This document shows, one piece after another, positions 38,331 to 53,050 of a stretch of 64,000 bases of DNA. The number at the start of each line of letters is the position of its first letter. Position 1 is the first letter of the stretch. Source of the stretch: Octopus bimaculoides. Lineage: Eukaryota. The notes beneath the pieces are model-generated. The model had not been told where the DNA came from. It did not search any database and worked only from the letters and a program-made list of their open reading frames with translations. The translations under genes and the position numbers were made by a program. The stretch is from positions 128,343,105 to 128,407,104 of the forward strand of contig NC_068984.1 of the NCBI RefSeq assembly GCF_001194135.2, read 5' to 3'.

Positions 38331-39699
38331 CTGAAATGAATGGACTGAAGGATAGCAAATGCATATTTCAAATACAGTCTATGGAAGGGCTAGTAAAGAA
38401 GTAGCTAGCTTTGTAGTAATACTCGAAACCATAAAAGATTATGTTGTCAGTAGTCTTGGATGAAATCATCATCATAACAAATTGAAGTGAGTAATAGGCA
38501 GGTTGTGGGCAATGAAGAAAGTGGAAACAATACAAATAGGACTGGTACACTTGGAAGTATCACTACTCAACTGCCAATATGGCTCTCAAAAAAAAAAAAA
38601 AAAAATTGGAATAAATATAAAGATAGAACAACAACAAAAATCATCATTGTTTGGAAATGCAAGAATCCTCCACAGGGTTCTTGAAGCATGATCAGTAAAC
38701 AAGTGTCACCTTCATCTGCTGGCTGTGGGCAACTGACACTTTCCATCATACTCAGCAAAATAAAGCTGGGATTTTTCATGATATAATAGTAATGCTTTCT
38801 AATATAGGCATAAGGCTTGAAATTTTGAGGGAAAGGGATAATCAATTATATTGACCTCAGTACTTAACTGGTACTTCTTTTATTGACCCGGAAAAGATGA
38901 AAGGTAAAGCCAACATCATGGTGTGTCAATGATTCTGCTAGCTTGTCTCCTTCATAATAAGTTTTCAACTAGCAATGATAACACCTTAGATGTTCATAAC
39001 TGACAAAAGTATGAACTCATTCGGAAGGGAAGAGAGAGAAATACAAATTGCATCTGGTCTCAGTTCTTGGTTGGAACTAGTTCACTTTACCTAGGATAAG
39101 AACAATGAAGATGTTTCTATCTGATCACTTGAACAGCTAGAAATAACAGCCAAATCATAGTCAACAATTTTAAAAGCAGACAGAAGGATAATATGACTCT
39201 GGATGCACTAAGACTGAATAAAAGATGAAACGATCATGACCAGAATGTTTTTGATAACAGGAATGCTTTTGAGAAAAGCTTAAATGAAGATAGAGTGAAT
39301 ATGTTGAGCACTTCTGCTCGACAAATCAGGATAAAGACATACATATCCTACATCTGTCCTGCATATGTTTAGTTGTGTTTCAGTGGCAGGTCTTAAACCA
39401 TTTACCTGAGACATAACATAGAAGTTAATGCTGAAGTCCAGTTAAGATATTTGTTTCAACCACTTAACATCCACTTGAAATAACAATGTGACAAGTAACA
39501 TTCCCAGATAATCTAGTACCTGTTTTCAGACTGCAAGGTAAACTGACACATTTAGAATTATGTGGTCTACCTAAATACACGACAGTTTTTAAAAAAATGC
39601 TTACACTGAGGTTTAACTGAAACCCCCTTTAGCTACTAGTGCAATAACATATATACTCTTAGTAGTTGAGTAACTCATGACAATATGTTCTAGGATGTT

Positions 39700-41150
39700 G
39701 TAGAAATAACAATGCTATCTCATGTATGTGAGAGTTTTCACCAATATGGGTTTTATTTGCATTTTGTTGAGAGCAGAAATATTTTCTGGCTCTAAAACAG
39801 ATTCCAAGTTATTGGGATGCAGTTTTGATAAAATTATAGATGTGAAGTCATCATAAGAGATTCTCAGAGATTGTGACACCAAGAATCTGTTATAACTTTT
39901 CAAAATTTGCATGTTGTTGGTATGTATGGGGACTAAGTTACAAATTAGTTATATTGATATACATAGGATAGTGTTTTGTATCGTTAAAGATGAGATTATT
40001 ATTTTCCTGTTGGAAAATGGTTTTGAGATACCTATCTATGGATGCAGCATGAGGTATTTAGGCTTTATGTTCATGACACTTGCACCCAAAAAGTTAGAGA
40101 AGTGGAAGATGGTAACGTTTGCATAGGAGGGTAAGTGTTGTTAGAAGTGATAGCAGGTAGGTAATTATTGCATAGAAGAAAGAATGTAGGTAACATCATA
40201 AAAATTTGTGGCACAACAGAGTAGGTAGAATATGGGTTGGAGAGGGGCCTATTAGCACACAGTATGTCAAGAAATGAAAGACAAATGTAGACCATATGCA
40301 ATCAACTTAGTGAGGAAATTTCTATGGCAGACATGTTAAAACCTTTGTTGATACTAAGGATAACCTGAAATTCTCAAGGGTGAGGGATTATTGATGTGTG
40401 ATATAGGAGAACAAGCCATGAGTGCAATCACTAAGAAGATAGGTCAAGAAGATGAAGGATGTGGTTGTTAATAGCTGCTTGCATAACTCCTATGGTGTTA
40501 AAAACCAGTGCGGTAGTTTGAGCAAGTAGTATCATTTTAACCAGGTTCAAGTGAGAACCACTGATTCTGACAGCGGTAATAAAGAGCTTCTCTGTCTGTA
40601 TAACAGGAACACATTTTTAAAATTATTGGCTCAGAGGAGGCACAGCATTGATGGCCTTTACTACATGTGGATTGGTGTAGTTGATGTTCAAATCAAATGT
40701 AAGTAAAAGTTGTGAAGTAAATCTCAGCCAATAAGGTTAGAATATATACAATTGTTGGATAGTAACATTTGGAATGAGCCATTGGATTTACTGTACAAAG
40801 CTGAGAAGAGGTCTAAATATAAAGATGAATGTGAAAATAACTAATTAATACTTCTAAAATTGAACTGGTAATAGGAACATAATAGGTGAAGTGTCAGAAG
40901 TACAGAGCAGATGAGATAGAGATATATCAAACAAAAGTTGGAATGGGATAGATACATTAAATACTGATTGAATGACACAGAGAAAGGTAGCATACTGAAA
41001 ATGCTTTTAGTTTAGTAAACCAAGAGGGTGTTCCAGAGGAATGATATTCTGGGAAAGAAGGGTGACGATCAGAGAAAGGACTAAGAGGTTGGACAAGACC
41101 AGGCAGTTGCAAGGAGCAGATGTAATTAAAGTAAGATTAGAAAAGGTAGA
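39700..41150 (-). mobile_element. Degenerate CR1/Jockey-group LINE RT
   Basis: SVVPQIFMMLPTFFLLCNNYL resembles GVPQGS.L.P.LFL.FINDL. Upstream LSINKGFN resembles LDISKAFD. Confidence 0.55.
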
Positions 41151-41229
41151 GAGAAGGGTCAACACATCTGTGGGCCAGAGGCTTTATATCAATCAGTCAG
41201 GTGGCCTTTTCTGAATAGTGAGATGAGAT

Positions 41230-41430
41230 GATGATGATCATCATTTAACATCTGTTTTCCAGGCTGGCATGGGCTGGACAGTTTGACCAGAGCTGGTAAG
41301 CTAGAGAACTGCACCAAGCTCCAGTCTGATTTGGCATGGTTTCTACAGCCGGATGCCCTTCCTAATGTGCTGGGTGCTTTTATGTGGCACTGCACAAGCG
41401 CATTCATGTGGCACTGGCATGAGTACTTTG
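41230..41430 (-). mobile_element. Old RTE-type 3' end
   Basis: CATCATTTAACATC..TTTCCAGGCTGGCATGGG...GGATGCCCTTCCTAAT. Confidence 0.65.
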
Positions 41431-42329
41431 GCACCAGCACAGGACTCTTGCAGGCCATTGGAAAGTGGCCTTAACACTTCTGCAGTGGAGTATGGGTCAT
41501 GTCTGCCATTGCAGCAGCATCCTAGATGTGGAAGTAATATACTGGCTGTCAAGAAAAGGGCCATTTGTTGGATATGATATGGCTATGTTAAGGATATACT
41601 CTTACCATTGTTTTAGTATAAAATATAAAATACAGGACACCACTTCAGTATATGAAATATATTTGGGTACTTGAAATATTTTTCTGTACACGAGAGTCAG
41701 TAAACAAAAGAAAGTTTAAAGAAAGTCATGTGAAAAATAATTACTATTTGCTGATGAGAACATCACTAGTTTCCTCAAATTCTACTGCTTTACTTGAATG
41801 ATAATTAGTTTTTAGAAGCATAGAGATCCATAATAAATGTCAAATAAACTAAAAAATGGCATTCCAGTTTTAGAACAAAACATTACAGATTTACAGAGAC
41901 TTCAATTAAGATATTCTTGCAACACTGGTTAATTTATTTTTGTATATTAATGAGGTGTAATTGTGAAAGTTTATTAAATATTTGTACAGTGGTTAAAAAA
42001 AAACAAAAAAAAAACTCAATTATCAACTCAACAATAGGGCAAGGAGAACATACCTTTGGCATACTAAAATATCTGGGGTCTCACATAATGTAGTAAGTCA
42101 GAAAACTTTAGTACAATAAGTAGGCAAAAATTCCCTCTAGGGTAGCTTAAAATCTAAAAACAAAGGATGTAATTCTAATACCAAACAAAGATTATTTTAG
42201 AAAATATAGTCAATGTAAATAGGCATGAATCTTGTCTTTAATGGAAACTAGTGTAAAGAGTAGACATCTTTTGACCTTATTAAAACCCATCAGTAAAGCA
42301 TATTCTTCTCAGTAAAACATAGAAGCAAC

Positions 42330-42363
<34 letters not shown>

Positions 42364-43380
42364 ATGCAAAGACCCTGATTATGAATATCAACATGATACC
42401 TCAGGAAAGCGTTTTGCATATATAGATATCACACACAAACCTGTACATACAGTTGAGTCTTACTGTAATATAGTGCATTGCAAAACTTTGAATAACTTCA
42501 GTTTACCTATGCTATGAGTAAACAAAAATAAACTTCTTCTAGGTGTTTAAAAATCTAAAAACAAAACAAAAGAGATAACTAATCATATCAGCCAATCAAA
42601 AGTTTTAGAAAATTTAGAGCTTATCAGTTACATAACTGATATTTATAAAACTGACATATTCACAATATAACATCTTTGATAAACAAGTAATCTAGTAATC
42701 TAGGGAAGTTTCAAAGACCAGCTTGCAAGACAAAATCAACAAAGATATTTTAATACAAAATAAAAAAAGAAAGACTTGTAGTTTAATAAGGTCATGAAGA
42801 GCAAAACAGCCACACGGCCAAGGACACTGTTTAATTCTAATAGACTTCCTGTATGTTTAAAATAATTTTTGATATAATGAAAACTGTTGAGGAATGTTTA
42901 GAGAATATCAGTAACTAAGAATTTGTATATATTATGCTAGTGTTTACCAACTGAATAATTTATAGTACAGTCAAATGTCAGCAAAATACTTTTGTAATTT
43001 TAATTTGACGAGCAGTCAGATGATATTCTGATAATATTTTCACAGCTACGGACATGAAATTGCAAAACTTTTACTCTAGTTTATGACATAGTTCAGAGGT
43101 TCTCTAACTGGTTTCTTACTGTGGACAATTTTCACTTACTGAATATTTTCATGGACCACTTGAGCATAAAAATCAATGGGATTAAACCATAAATTAAATA
43201 GAACATATCCAACATCAAATAATGCAACTCATTGGGGAAACAAAATAAACAAATACACAAACACATACCGATAAACCCTAACATTTAAACATTGCTACTC
43301 TAATACAAATAACAGATGATTTTTCTGTGGACTACTGAATATCGTATCATGAACCATCGTCAGTAATGACAACACATAAA

Positions 43381-43416
<36 letters not shown>

Positions 43417-43564
43417 AGCAATGTTAAATCTCTGAACGAGGTATTAACAGTAACTGCACGATAAAGTGAAGTATATTTGCCACTTAAATGTGGCTGACCC
43501 CGAGGGGTGGATGTTACTGTTGCTTTTAGCCCCAAGAGGACATCTCCTCCAGCTGGCTATCGAC

Positions 43565-43598
<34 letters not shown>

Positions 43599-44258
43599 NN
43601 NNNNNNNNNNNNNNNNNNNNNNNNNNNNNNNNNNNNNNNNNNNNNNNNNNNNNNNNNNNNNNNNNNNNNNNNNNNNNNNNNNNNNNNNNNNNNNNNNNNN
43701 NNNNNNNNNNNNNNNNNNNNNNNNNNNNNNNNNNNNNNNNNNNNNNNNNNNNNNNNNNNNNNNNNNNNNNNNNNNNNNNNNNNNNNNNNNNNNNNNNNNN
43801 NNNNNNNNNNNNNNNNNNNNNNNNNNNNNNNNNNNNNNNNNNNNNNNNNNNNNNNNNNNNNNNNNNNNNNNNNNNNNNNNNNNNNNNNNNNNNNNNNNNN
43901 NNNNNNNNNNNNNNNNNNNNNNNNNNNNNNNNNNNNNNNNNNNNNNNNNNNNNNNNNNNNNNNNNNNNNNNNNNNNNNNNNNNNNNNNNNNNNNNNNNNN
44001 NNNNNNNNNNNNNNNNNNNNNNNNNNNNNNNNNNNNNNNNNNNNNNNNNNNNNNNNNNNNNNNNNNNNNNNNNNNNNNNNNNNNNNNNNNNNNNNNNNNN
44101 NNNNNNNNNNNNNNNNNNNNNNNNNNNNNNNNNNNNNNNNNNNNNNNNNNNNNNNNNNNNNNNNNNNNNNNNNNNNNAATTATTACCTTTGATGGTTTTT
44201 ATTCCTATGCTGGCCACTTGATAAGATCAATATTTTAAATAACGATCTTATCCTTATT

Positions 44259-44302
<44 letters not shown>

Positions 44303-44311
44303 TATATGTAT

Positions 44312-44366
44312 CAACCCATGCTAGCATGGAAAGCGGACGTTAAACGATGATGATGATGATGATGAT
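44312..44366 (+). mobile_element. Minimal (about 55 bp) RTE 3' terminus
   Basis: CAACCCATGCTAGCATGGAAAGCGGACGTTAAAC(GAT)n directly after an (AT)n tract. Confidence 0.8.
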
Positions 44367-44623
44367 ATGATACAAACAAGGTGATATTTTTTTTCTTCAA
44401 ATGCAGTGTTGCCATTGCATCACCATTAATAATGGATAACATTACTCTCACAAGGTGGAAAAAATCATCAACAAACAGCCCCACCTTGTAAGGATAATAT
44501 TACCCCTTAATTCTGCTGTTTTAAGGGCAACACTGCATTTGAAGAAAAAGAATATCACCTTCTTGTTTGTATCGTACAATACACATTCAACATTCCAAAT
44601 AAAAACAAATGTAGTGGTTGTTA

Positions 44624-44949
44624 TATTCTTTTATTCGCTTCAGTCATTTGACTGCGGCCATGCTGGAGCACTGGCTTTACTCAAACAAATTGACCCCAGG
44701 ACTTAGTCTTTGTAAGCCGAGTACTTATTCTCTCGGTCCCTTTTGCTGAACACCAACATTGGTTGTCAAACAATGGTGGAGAGACAAAACAGACACAAAC
44801 ACACACACATATATATGATGGGCTTCTTTCAGTCAAATCTACTCACAAGGTTGTGGTTGGCCCGAGGTTATAGCAGAAGACACTTGGACTGAACACGGAA
44901 CCATGTGGTTGGTTAGCAAGCTACTTACCACACAGCCACTCCTGCACCT
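44624..44949 (-). mobile_element. SINE A, full length
   Basis: Reverse-complement homolog of 26807-27188. Confidence 0.85.
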
Positions 44950-47084
44950 ATATATATACACACACATATAATTTTAGGAAAACAGAAAAATTAAAGTTGA
45001 GATATTCATAACTTTTCCAGAGGTAATGAGAAATAGAGATGAAGTAAAATGGTTGAACTGGGAGTTAAAACTGTTACAGATTCAGTTTTCTGAAAGCTTG
45101 TATTAACTCTACCTCATTCACTGTAACACGAGTAGACAAACAGTAAAAATAATAAATAAATGGACTATGTCCAACCAGCCTGTACCTCAAACCTTTCCCG
45201 ACCGCACACATTATAAGTACTAAAGCAGTTATATTATTACAGACTCAAACGTATAAACACAGTAAGACAGAAACCTTTCAAGTTGGAAAACACTTTAGAT
45301 GCCAGGTGAACAATTTATGACAGCTGCCTTTTTCAATATAACGAATTTGTGCAAAGACACATTTAATCAATCCCAATTATCTACATACATCAACAACAGT
45401 CAAGCAAATGTTTCTACCACCATACATTGCCAAATAGGAGGACTATATTCTTACACAAGGAACAAACCAAATAGTTATAACAGAAATGTAGCCTTATTAT
45501 TTTAAGATGAATCATAAGCACTTGAAGCACGAAAATGTTGGAACTACTCCAAGTACAATATTACTCAACTTCATTGAATTACATAATTCCACAATGTTAC
45601 AATATCAACAGGTTGGTGCACTTGGATATTCCACATACATATACTCTTTTCATAGAAATGTATACAACTATTTATCATCATCATCATCATCCTTATCATT
45701 TAATGTCCGTCTTCCATGCTGGCATGGGTTGAAAGGTTCAACTGTATCCAATGAGCTGAAGGACTACAACAGTATATTCTAAAAAACCACTTACCATTCA
45801 TTGTTTTATTACTAAGCGCATTAAATAGTTAAACTCATCCCATTTTAACACAAAATCTGCACTGGAAAGCATATTCCCCTGGTAAATAGTACCAAATAGA
45901 CAAAGGAGCTCTCCTGTTCTATGTGCATACATCTTGTATTTTTGCAACATCTACTACCTGATTCTCTTGGATGCATTGAGTGTTATGTTGTAACTTGATA
46001 GAATGCATAGTCTGGATAAATTAAATAATGTCCCTATCAGTGTAGCGGTTGATATTTCAACTTTTTTTACAGCATATAACTGTGTGTGTGTGGTGACACA
46101 TATCCAGTCCACCAGGGATATTTAACAAGAAACTTGCCTTCAGATATGCATCATCCTGAATATATACCATGCAGTACAGCTGTTAGTTGGGTGACAGTTG
46201 TGACAAGGTAGATCTGTCTGACTAATAGGAAATATAATATAGAACAATGTCGAGAAATTCATACAAATCAATAAATTGACTTTCATCCTAAACTAATGCT
46301 TGTTCTCTGAAATACATAATATGCCATTTAGAGTTAGTTTTGGTAAAAAAAGCAAGGAAAAGATTTTAGATGACTTAAAATCCTTGAATGTCAATGGTTT
46401 TATGTTAAATTCTGTCTAGCAGTAAATGCTCTTTATATCTCAAATTAAGTTTTAAAAATATATAATTTGTTGGATAACTGTGTTGAATACAATGTTATAT
46501 GACAAAATAAGGGATTAGTATACCACAGACTTTATTGAACAAATAACACTGCAACACAACATTTGGCTTAAATAATGGAGATAACTCATCTATCATGTGA
46601 TACACTAATTATCACAACATTCAAACTCATTCAAAGAAAAAGAAACAACAAAACAAAACAAAAAACAATGAACCATGAGATTGTAAAATTAGCAAAAACT
46701 TGCAGCACCAAATAATTCCAATTTGGAAATGGAGTTTGTTTCTACAATGTAACATAAATCACAAATTAAGTCTTTCAAGGTTGGTTTAGTAGTTCTGCTT
46801 CAATGACAAAGCTTATCAAAAGAAGTGATAAGAATGGTAGAGTTCAGTGGAATAATTTTCACAATCTCTGCTACTCAAAGAGTCTACCTCTTTAGAAATA
46901 GCTTAAAGATCCAGGAATCTGGAACTGAGTCAGCAATTGTCAAGTCTGATTCTGCATGCTTAATTATTTTACCATATGTTGGGCATAGTGACAATTCACA
47001 AAACAAAATAGTGTCTACTACTCCAGTACTTTTTTTAAACATAAGTAAACTTACAATAATTCATCTTTCTCTACTAAAGGATCA

Positions 47085-47466
47085 GTGGAGGTGCAATGGC
47101 CCAGTGGTTAGGGCAGCAGACTTGCGGTCATAGGATTGCGGTTTCGATTCCCAGACCGGGCGTTGTGAGTGTTTATTGAGCGAAAACACCTAAAGCTCCA
47201 CGAGGCTCCGGCAGGGGATGGTGGCGAACCCTGCTGTACTCTTTCACCACAACTTTCTCTCACTCTTACTTCCTGTTTCTGTTGTGCCTGTAATTCAAAG
47301 GGTCAGCCTTGTCACACTGTGTCACGCTGAATATCCCCGAGAACTATGTTAAGGGTACACATGTCTGTGGAGTGCTCAGCCACTTGCATGTTAATTTTAC
47401 AAGCAGGCTGTTCCGTTGATCGGATCAACTGGAACCCTCGACGTCGTAAGCAACGGAGTGCCAACA
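47085..47466 (+). mobile_element. SINE C with 12-bp TSD
   Basis: A-box TGGCCCAGTGG and B-box GGTTTCGATTCC. ACTAAAGGATCA occurs at 47073-47084 and 47467-47478. Confidence 0.9.
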
Positions 47467-49279
47467 ACTAAAGGATCACTTTTGTGTATGTGTACATATC
47501 TTCTAATGCTAGGGCCAAGAAAAACTAGCCCAAAAAGTAGAAAAACATCAAGTAAAGATAGCTACTAAAAAGATAGAAATGATCATCAGTAGCTATTGTG
47601 AGCAGAGAATGAATTAAATGAAGTACTTCTAAAAGAACATTCTCCTAACAAGATCCTAGAAGATTTTATGAGATAAAAGCTAACAACAATGAGCTCCTTG
47701 TTGTTTGATTGTTTTTCCTGCATTGCTCATTTCTTCTAACTTGTCAAATTCTAAATTACAATGAAAAAAAGAACATCTTCCCAAAGAAATTCTGGAAGAT
47801 TCTACTACTTTAAAACTAATGATACTGATATCTATTCTGTGATTGTTTCTCTGACATTGCTTATGTTCTCTAGGGTTGTAAGGCGTGGCTCTGTTTTACC
47901 CAATTCTTTGTTGTTTTAGAAGATTCCTCACTTCAACAGGAATAGAGCTCCTCTATTGATATGGAAAGCACTAGGTGTTCCAATTAAAGAAGATAGCTCT
48001 TTGAGATAGCTAATAATGGTTCAACAGGTGATATCAAATCTTTACATTGTGCAAAAATTTTCACATACCTGAGTGAAACAATTGATCATGCAGACATTGA
48101 TTAAATTTCTAATCTGCTTCAGCAGGTCAGCACATTTGTGATAAAATATCAGTATATATACACTCTTCTACATTGATAAAAAAATTGTCAAAACTACATG
48201 AAAGAAGTTTGACCCTCCAGTGTAATATTTTATTCGTTTACTTTTTATCAATTGAGTTCTTTGTAAATAATGTAAAATGTCTCAGTAGGAGATAATATTA
48301 CCATCTACATAAGAAGAACTCAACTTCTTGACAGCTTCTTTCTCAACAGCACAATACACAATAAAAGAATACAACAGAAGAATAAATTATAGATTATGTC
48401 CAACTAGGCTAGGCTTCCAACCTATTTATCACACCTCGTAAGTTCTAAAACTATCATGGGCAAACTGTGGCCCATGGGACTTTCTGAATGGCATACTTAA
48501 CAATAAATTACCTTGGCTATCTTAGTGGTGCAGTCCACTTGATGGAGAGCTGTGTCTCATGCAGCCTGCCTCTCAAAAAATGGTTGTCCATGTCTTTTCT
48601 AAAATAATCCCATAATTACAGACCTAAACACATACACCCTGTAGAACAGAAGGTTTTAAAGTTGAAGAACAGGTCAGGTATAAGGTGCACAATTCATGAC
48701 AGTTGTCTTTCAGTTTGACCAATCTGGTCAATAGCGCATTTAATCAATCCTTATTATCTACACATAATAACAGTCTGGTAGTGTTCCTGTTTCCACACAT
48801 TTCCACCTTTCACTTTTTGAGAGGGCACAGCAGAAAAAGTCACTAGCATGCCCTCTTTGTGTTGCAGCTTGAACAGTGTTTGGTCTTGATTGTAAATGGA
48901 ATGGAATTGTTACTAGCATGGAGACGAGCACTTTTCATATTAATTTCTACTTTTTCCTAAAGTAGAAATAGCTTCTTGAAGAATGGGAAAAGTGGTACAT
49001 AACATAAAAGGTCTTCCTTTATAAGAAGAATGTATCATCCATTTGCAATAATAAACTAGCAACCCAGTGTTTTATTTTCTAAAGTTCCTTTTTAGAAGTA
49101 GGCACTTTAAGGTATTTAAGAAAAAGTAACCTATAAGAATCAATTGATATTTTTTAGTCTTTAATGTAACAACCAAGGAATCTGACATTTCATTTATCAG
49201 AAATACACTTTTTTTATTGGAAAAGGTCAAGATATTTTACACAAGACAGAAATGATCTTCAGTAGAGTTATCACATACA

Positions 49280-49697
49280 ATAATAGTTTGAAATTTTCGC
49301 ACAGGGGGAGCAGTTTTGGGAGGGAGAAGAAAGTTAGTCACACTCACCCCCAGTACTTGACTGGTACTTATTTTATCAACCACAAAAGGACGAAATGAAA
49401 GTTGACCCAAGAATGTAAAAAAAAAGGACAACGGCTGCTAAGCATTTCGATAACATATGCTATTATTTCTGGAATATTGGTTTCAAATTTTGGCACAAGG
49501 CCAGCAATTTTAGGGATGGAAGGCAAGATAATTACATTGACCCTCAACCCAGTGTTCAACTAGTACTTATTTTACTAACCTTGAAAAGATGAAAGGTAAA
49601 GTTGACCTCAGAAGAATTTGAATTTGGAACATAAAGATGGACGAAATGCCACTAAGCATTTTGCCTGGCATGCTAACGATTCTGCAAGCTCGCTGCC
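49280..49697 (-). mobile_element. Two tandem SINE B copies
   Basis: Head GCTAACGATTCTGCAAGCTC (plus) at about 49690. The core CTGGTACTTATTTTATC occurs twice. Confidence 0.7.
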
Positions 49698-51499
49698 TTC
49701 TTATGTCTGGAATACTAGCAACACATACAAGGCTTAGACTACGTGAAAATAGAACACAACATTTGGAAAAGCAGTATCACAAGTCATAACATTGGACTTA
49801 GTTCAACAGTATGATAACATTTATAACGAGGATAACTTCTTAAATTCTACTACTTACAAAACAGGACACCAAACAGAAACTTTCAGCAGCTGATTCTCGA
49901 AAGTGATTTTGTGTGTATGTGGGGAGTGTAGACACAAGCAGAAAAAACACCCAGCAAGAAATGCCATGTGTCACAAGTGTGAGACAAAAGCTAATTTTTC
50001 TTGTGCAAGTCATGTACAAAAAGGCAATATATAGGACTCCTTTTCTTTGCGATAATGTTACAGTTTGAGCAATCTTTTTGATCCTAATTATAAATAGAAT
50101 GTAGTTGTCAGTAGAATGGAGTCAAGCATTTTCTACAATGACCAATACTTGAAAGTAGTAACAACTTCTTGATAATTGGGAAAAGTGCTGTCATTAAAAA
50201 CCTTTGGTATACAGACCCCTTATCATAACTACTTACATGTAACTTGAGAGTGAAACTCACTTGTCAAGTGATGCATCATTGCTAAAGGAAGAAAGAATCA
50301 CAAAACAAAATGCTGAATTTCTGTATTTAACCACTGAATGACTTAAGTTGAGAGAAAAAGAAGAAAAAAAAAACAGAAAAGAAGACAGACAGAAATGAAA
50401 ACTATTCGAAAGGGGGTTAAATCTGATAGTCAGATGTAACTTCACAACATAACATAAAGAATACTAACTGTATGTTGAAGAGTGCAAATGCTCTAATACA
50501 ACACTACTGAGTATTTGAAAGTATCATCTGAGGTAACTGGGTAGACACTGCTCAACATTAGAGGAAATAAAATTGCATGTGGATCAATAATATGCTCCGA
50601 TTACTGGAACATTCATGTGATAAAATAGATATATTGCTGCATGTCTGTCCTGTATTGGCCACATCAGCCACCAGCAAGCTGATTTGAACAGTCTCCTTCT
50701 TAAGTTTTCATTTTAGCAGACAAGCCACGATGAGAATTACTATGGGAATTTGGTCATTGTATTGTGAACCACAATAAGAATTCCATCAGTTCTGCTAACT
50801 GCCAGGAACATACACAAATTACCAAGTCGTTTTAGTTTTATGGTATGGCATAAAAGTGAAGTAAATGAATGGTGCATCTGAAGAACTTTTCAATAGTTAC
50901 TTGCAAGAATTTTTATGGAGATAATACAAGGATAAATATGAACATAGTGAAAAATAAAAATTGCTATTCATAAACAATATGTTCTATTACAGCTGTTCCA
51001 TAATATCACGAAATTTGATCATTGCCCCCNNNNNNNNNNNNNNNNNNNNNNNNNNNNNNNNNNNNNNNNNNNNNNNNNNNNNNNNNNNNNNNNNNNNNNN
51101 NNNNNNNNNNNNNNNNNNNNNNNNNNNNNNNNNNNNNNNNNNNNNNNNNNNNNNNNNNNNNNNNNNNNNNNNNNNNNNNNNNNNNNNNNNNNNNNNNNNN
51201 NNNNNNNNNNNNNNNNNNNNNNNNNNNNNNNNNNNNNNNNNNNNNNNNNNNNNNNNNNNNAATTCCTTCAACTGTTTAAGATATTCATTGCTGAAATCAT
51301 TATTATTATCTTTCGAAACTGAAGAATAAAACTAAAGTTTCCGAAACTAGAAGGAAAGCACCAGTTTGAATTAAATTAAAGTCTTATTTATTCTTGTGTT
51401 TGAAAAAGTGACAATAATGTTAATTGAAATGCTTCTCTGTTTGCTAGAAATAGCTGCCAAATCTTCCTATCATAATACCCTCTCATTTACAGCAACAAT

Positions 51500-53050
51500 T
51501 CTAGACACTCCGATGCATCAGAATTGCACCTAAAATATCCCCTATGACAAACAAACTGGCTGCAGTACAGCTTAAAAAACAGAAATCTTCCATAACCGTC
51601 AAACTGATGCTAACTAAAAGTTTGAGAAAGTGAAAGTGGCACGCTATACTTCAAGATTATCAATGCCAGTGTTCATTATCCCTACAATTAATATATAAAT
51701 ACGTTTAGAAAAACACTAAATTGAGATTTATCACTGTTTTTTAATACTTTTAAAATTCGCACACATAAAAAATTAACCGTGCCCTTTATGTAATTTATAA
51801 AGTATTAGGTTGAGATTCCTTATTGTAGTTTTTATTTTGTTTAAAAAAAAACAAATAACGTTTTTTTATTTTAATTTTAAGACTCTGAATAGCCGATGCT
51901 CAAAATATTAGTATACTAAGACCATTTGAAAAAAGAAAAAGAAAAAAGCGTAATAAACAAGTGGGAGGAGATTTATAAAATCCATGCTTCCGAGATTAAA
52001 TGTCAAAACAAAACGTAACCTAAAGAGGATATATTTTCGAAATAAATTTATCTGCTTGAAAACTATCTCTCACGTAATACGGACAGCAAAGAAAGTCTTA
52101 TTGTCATGAAACAAATAACGGAAAATAGAATTTGAGATACTGAATTATCAATATCATCACAATAATATATAAAAACAAATTTCAAACTTTTAATTATTCC
52201 CAAAATTTCATTTTCTACGAGGTTTATTTTAATGTTTGTCTCGATTCGTGTTGCGGCAGGTTAGGTATGTTTGAGTTTTAAGCAAGATTTATGTATGTTT
52301 TAAATAACAATTAAACAAATAATATTTTCTTATAATCATTACTAGTTAAGGAATCATTTAACAAGATGTCTTCATTGAATATTTTAGTAAAATACTGTCT
52401 TAAAAGACAGACAACATACAAACGTTGCAATTACGTATAATCTACAGAAAGTATAGAGAGAATGTTTTGATCTTAGCAGAAACATTGAAACAACGAAGGA
52501 ATATATTTATGGGTGTATTTATTAAAAAAAACTATATTTAGATAACAGAGTCTGTCATTTTTATATTAGAAAATTAAGTGAAGTGTCCCGAGTGAGATAG
52601 TCTACGATCGAATAAGAATAAAGATATAATTGAATTGGAGATGCTTAGTGGAAATGAAGTGAAATAGAGGAATTAACTGACAAAACCTGGGTTACTGCAT
52701 TATATTAAGAAGTAGGGTGATTTGCCGACAGTAAACAGCAAGCAAGGCTTATAATATTAAGGTTATTAACACGACACGACGATAGAAGTGTAGAGAAACA
52801 TATGTGTTAGTAGCAGAGAATGCGTTATTATAGTGAGCAAAAATAATTCCATGGTATTGCTGAAATACTAACAAAAGACAAGTAAAGTAACAGAAAAGTC
52901 TAATACTTACTAACAAGAGGAATTATTTGAAGTTTAGTCATTTGTTCATCAAGTCGCTTGGTAGTTTTATTACAACATCGTTTGGTCCCATCATTAAACT
53001 GCGAGAGGTTACATCACCAGGGGAGATAACTTATAGGGTTGCCAATTTAG
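51500..53050. promoter_or_regulatory. CpG-retaining promoter-like region
   Basis: About 30 CpGs by manual count in 1.5 kb of non-repeat AT-rich DNA, versus a handful per kb elsewhere. Splice-donor candidates occur on both strands. Confidence 0.55.

Noticed and set aside
47085-47160. SINE heads as functional tRNA genes
   Set aside because: They are embedded in TSD-flanked ~380-bp repeats and lack a proper acceptor stem.
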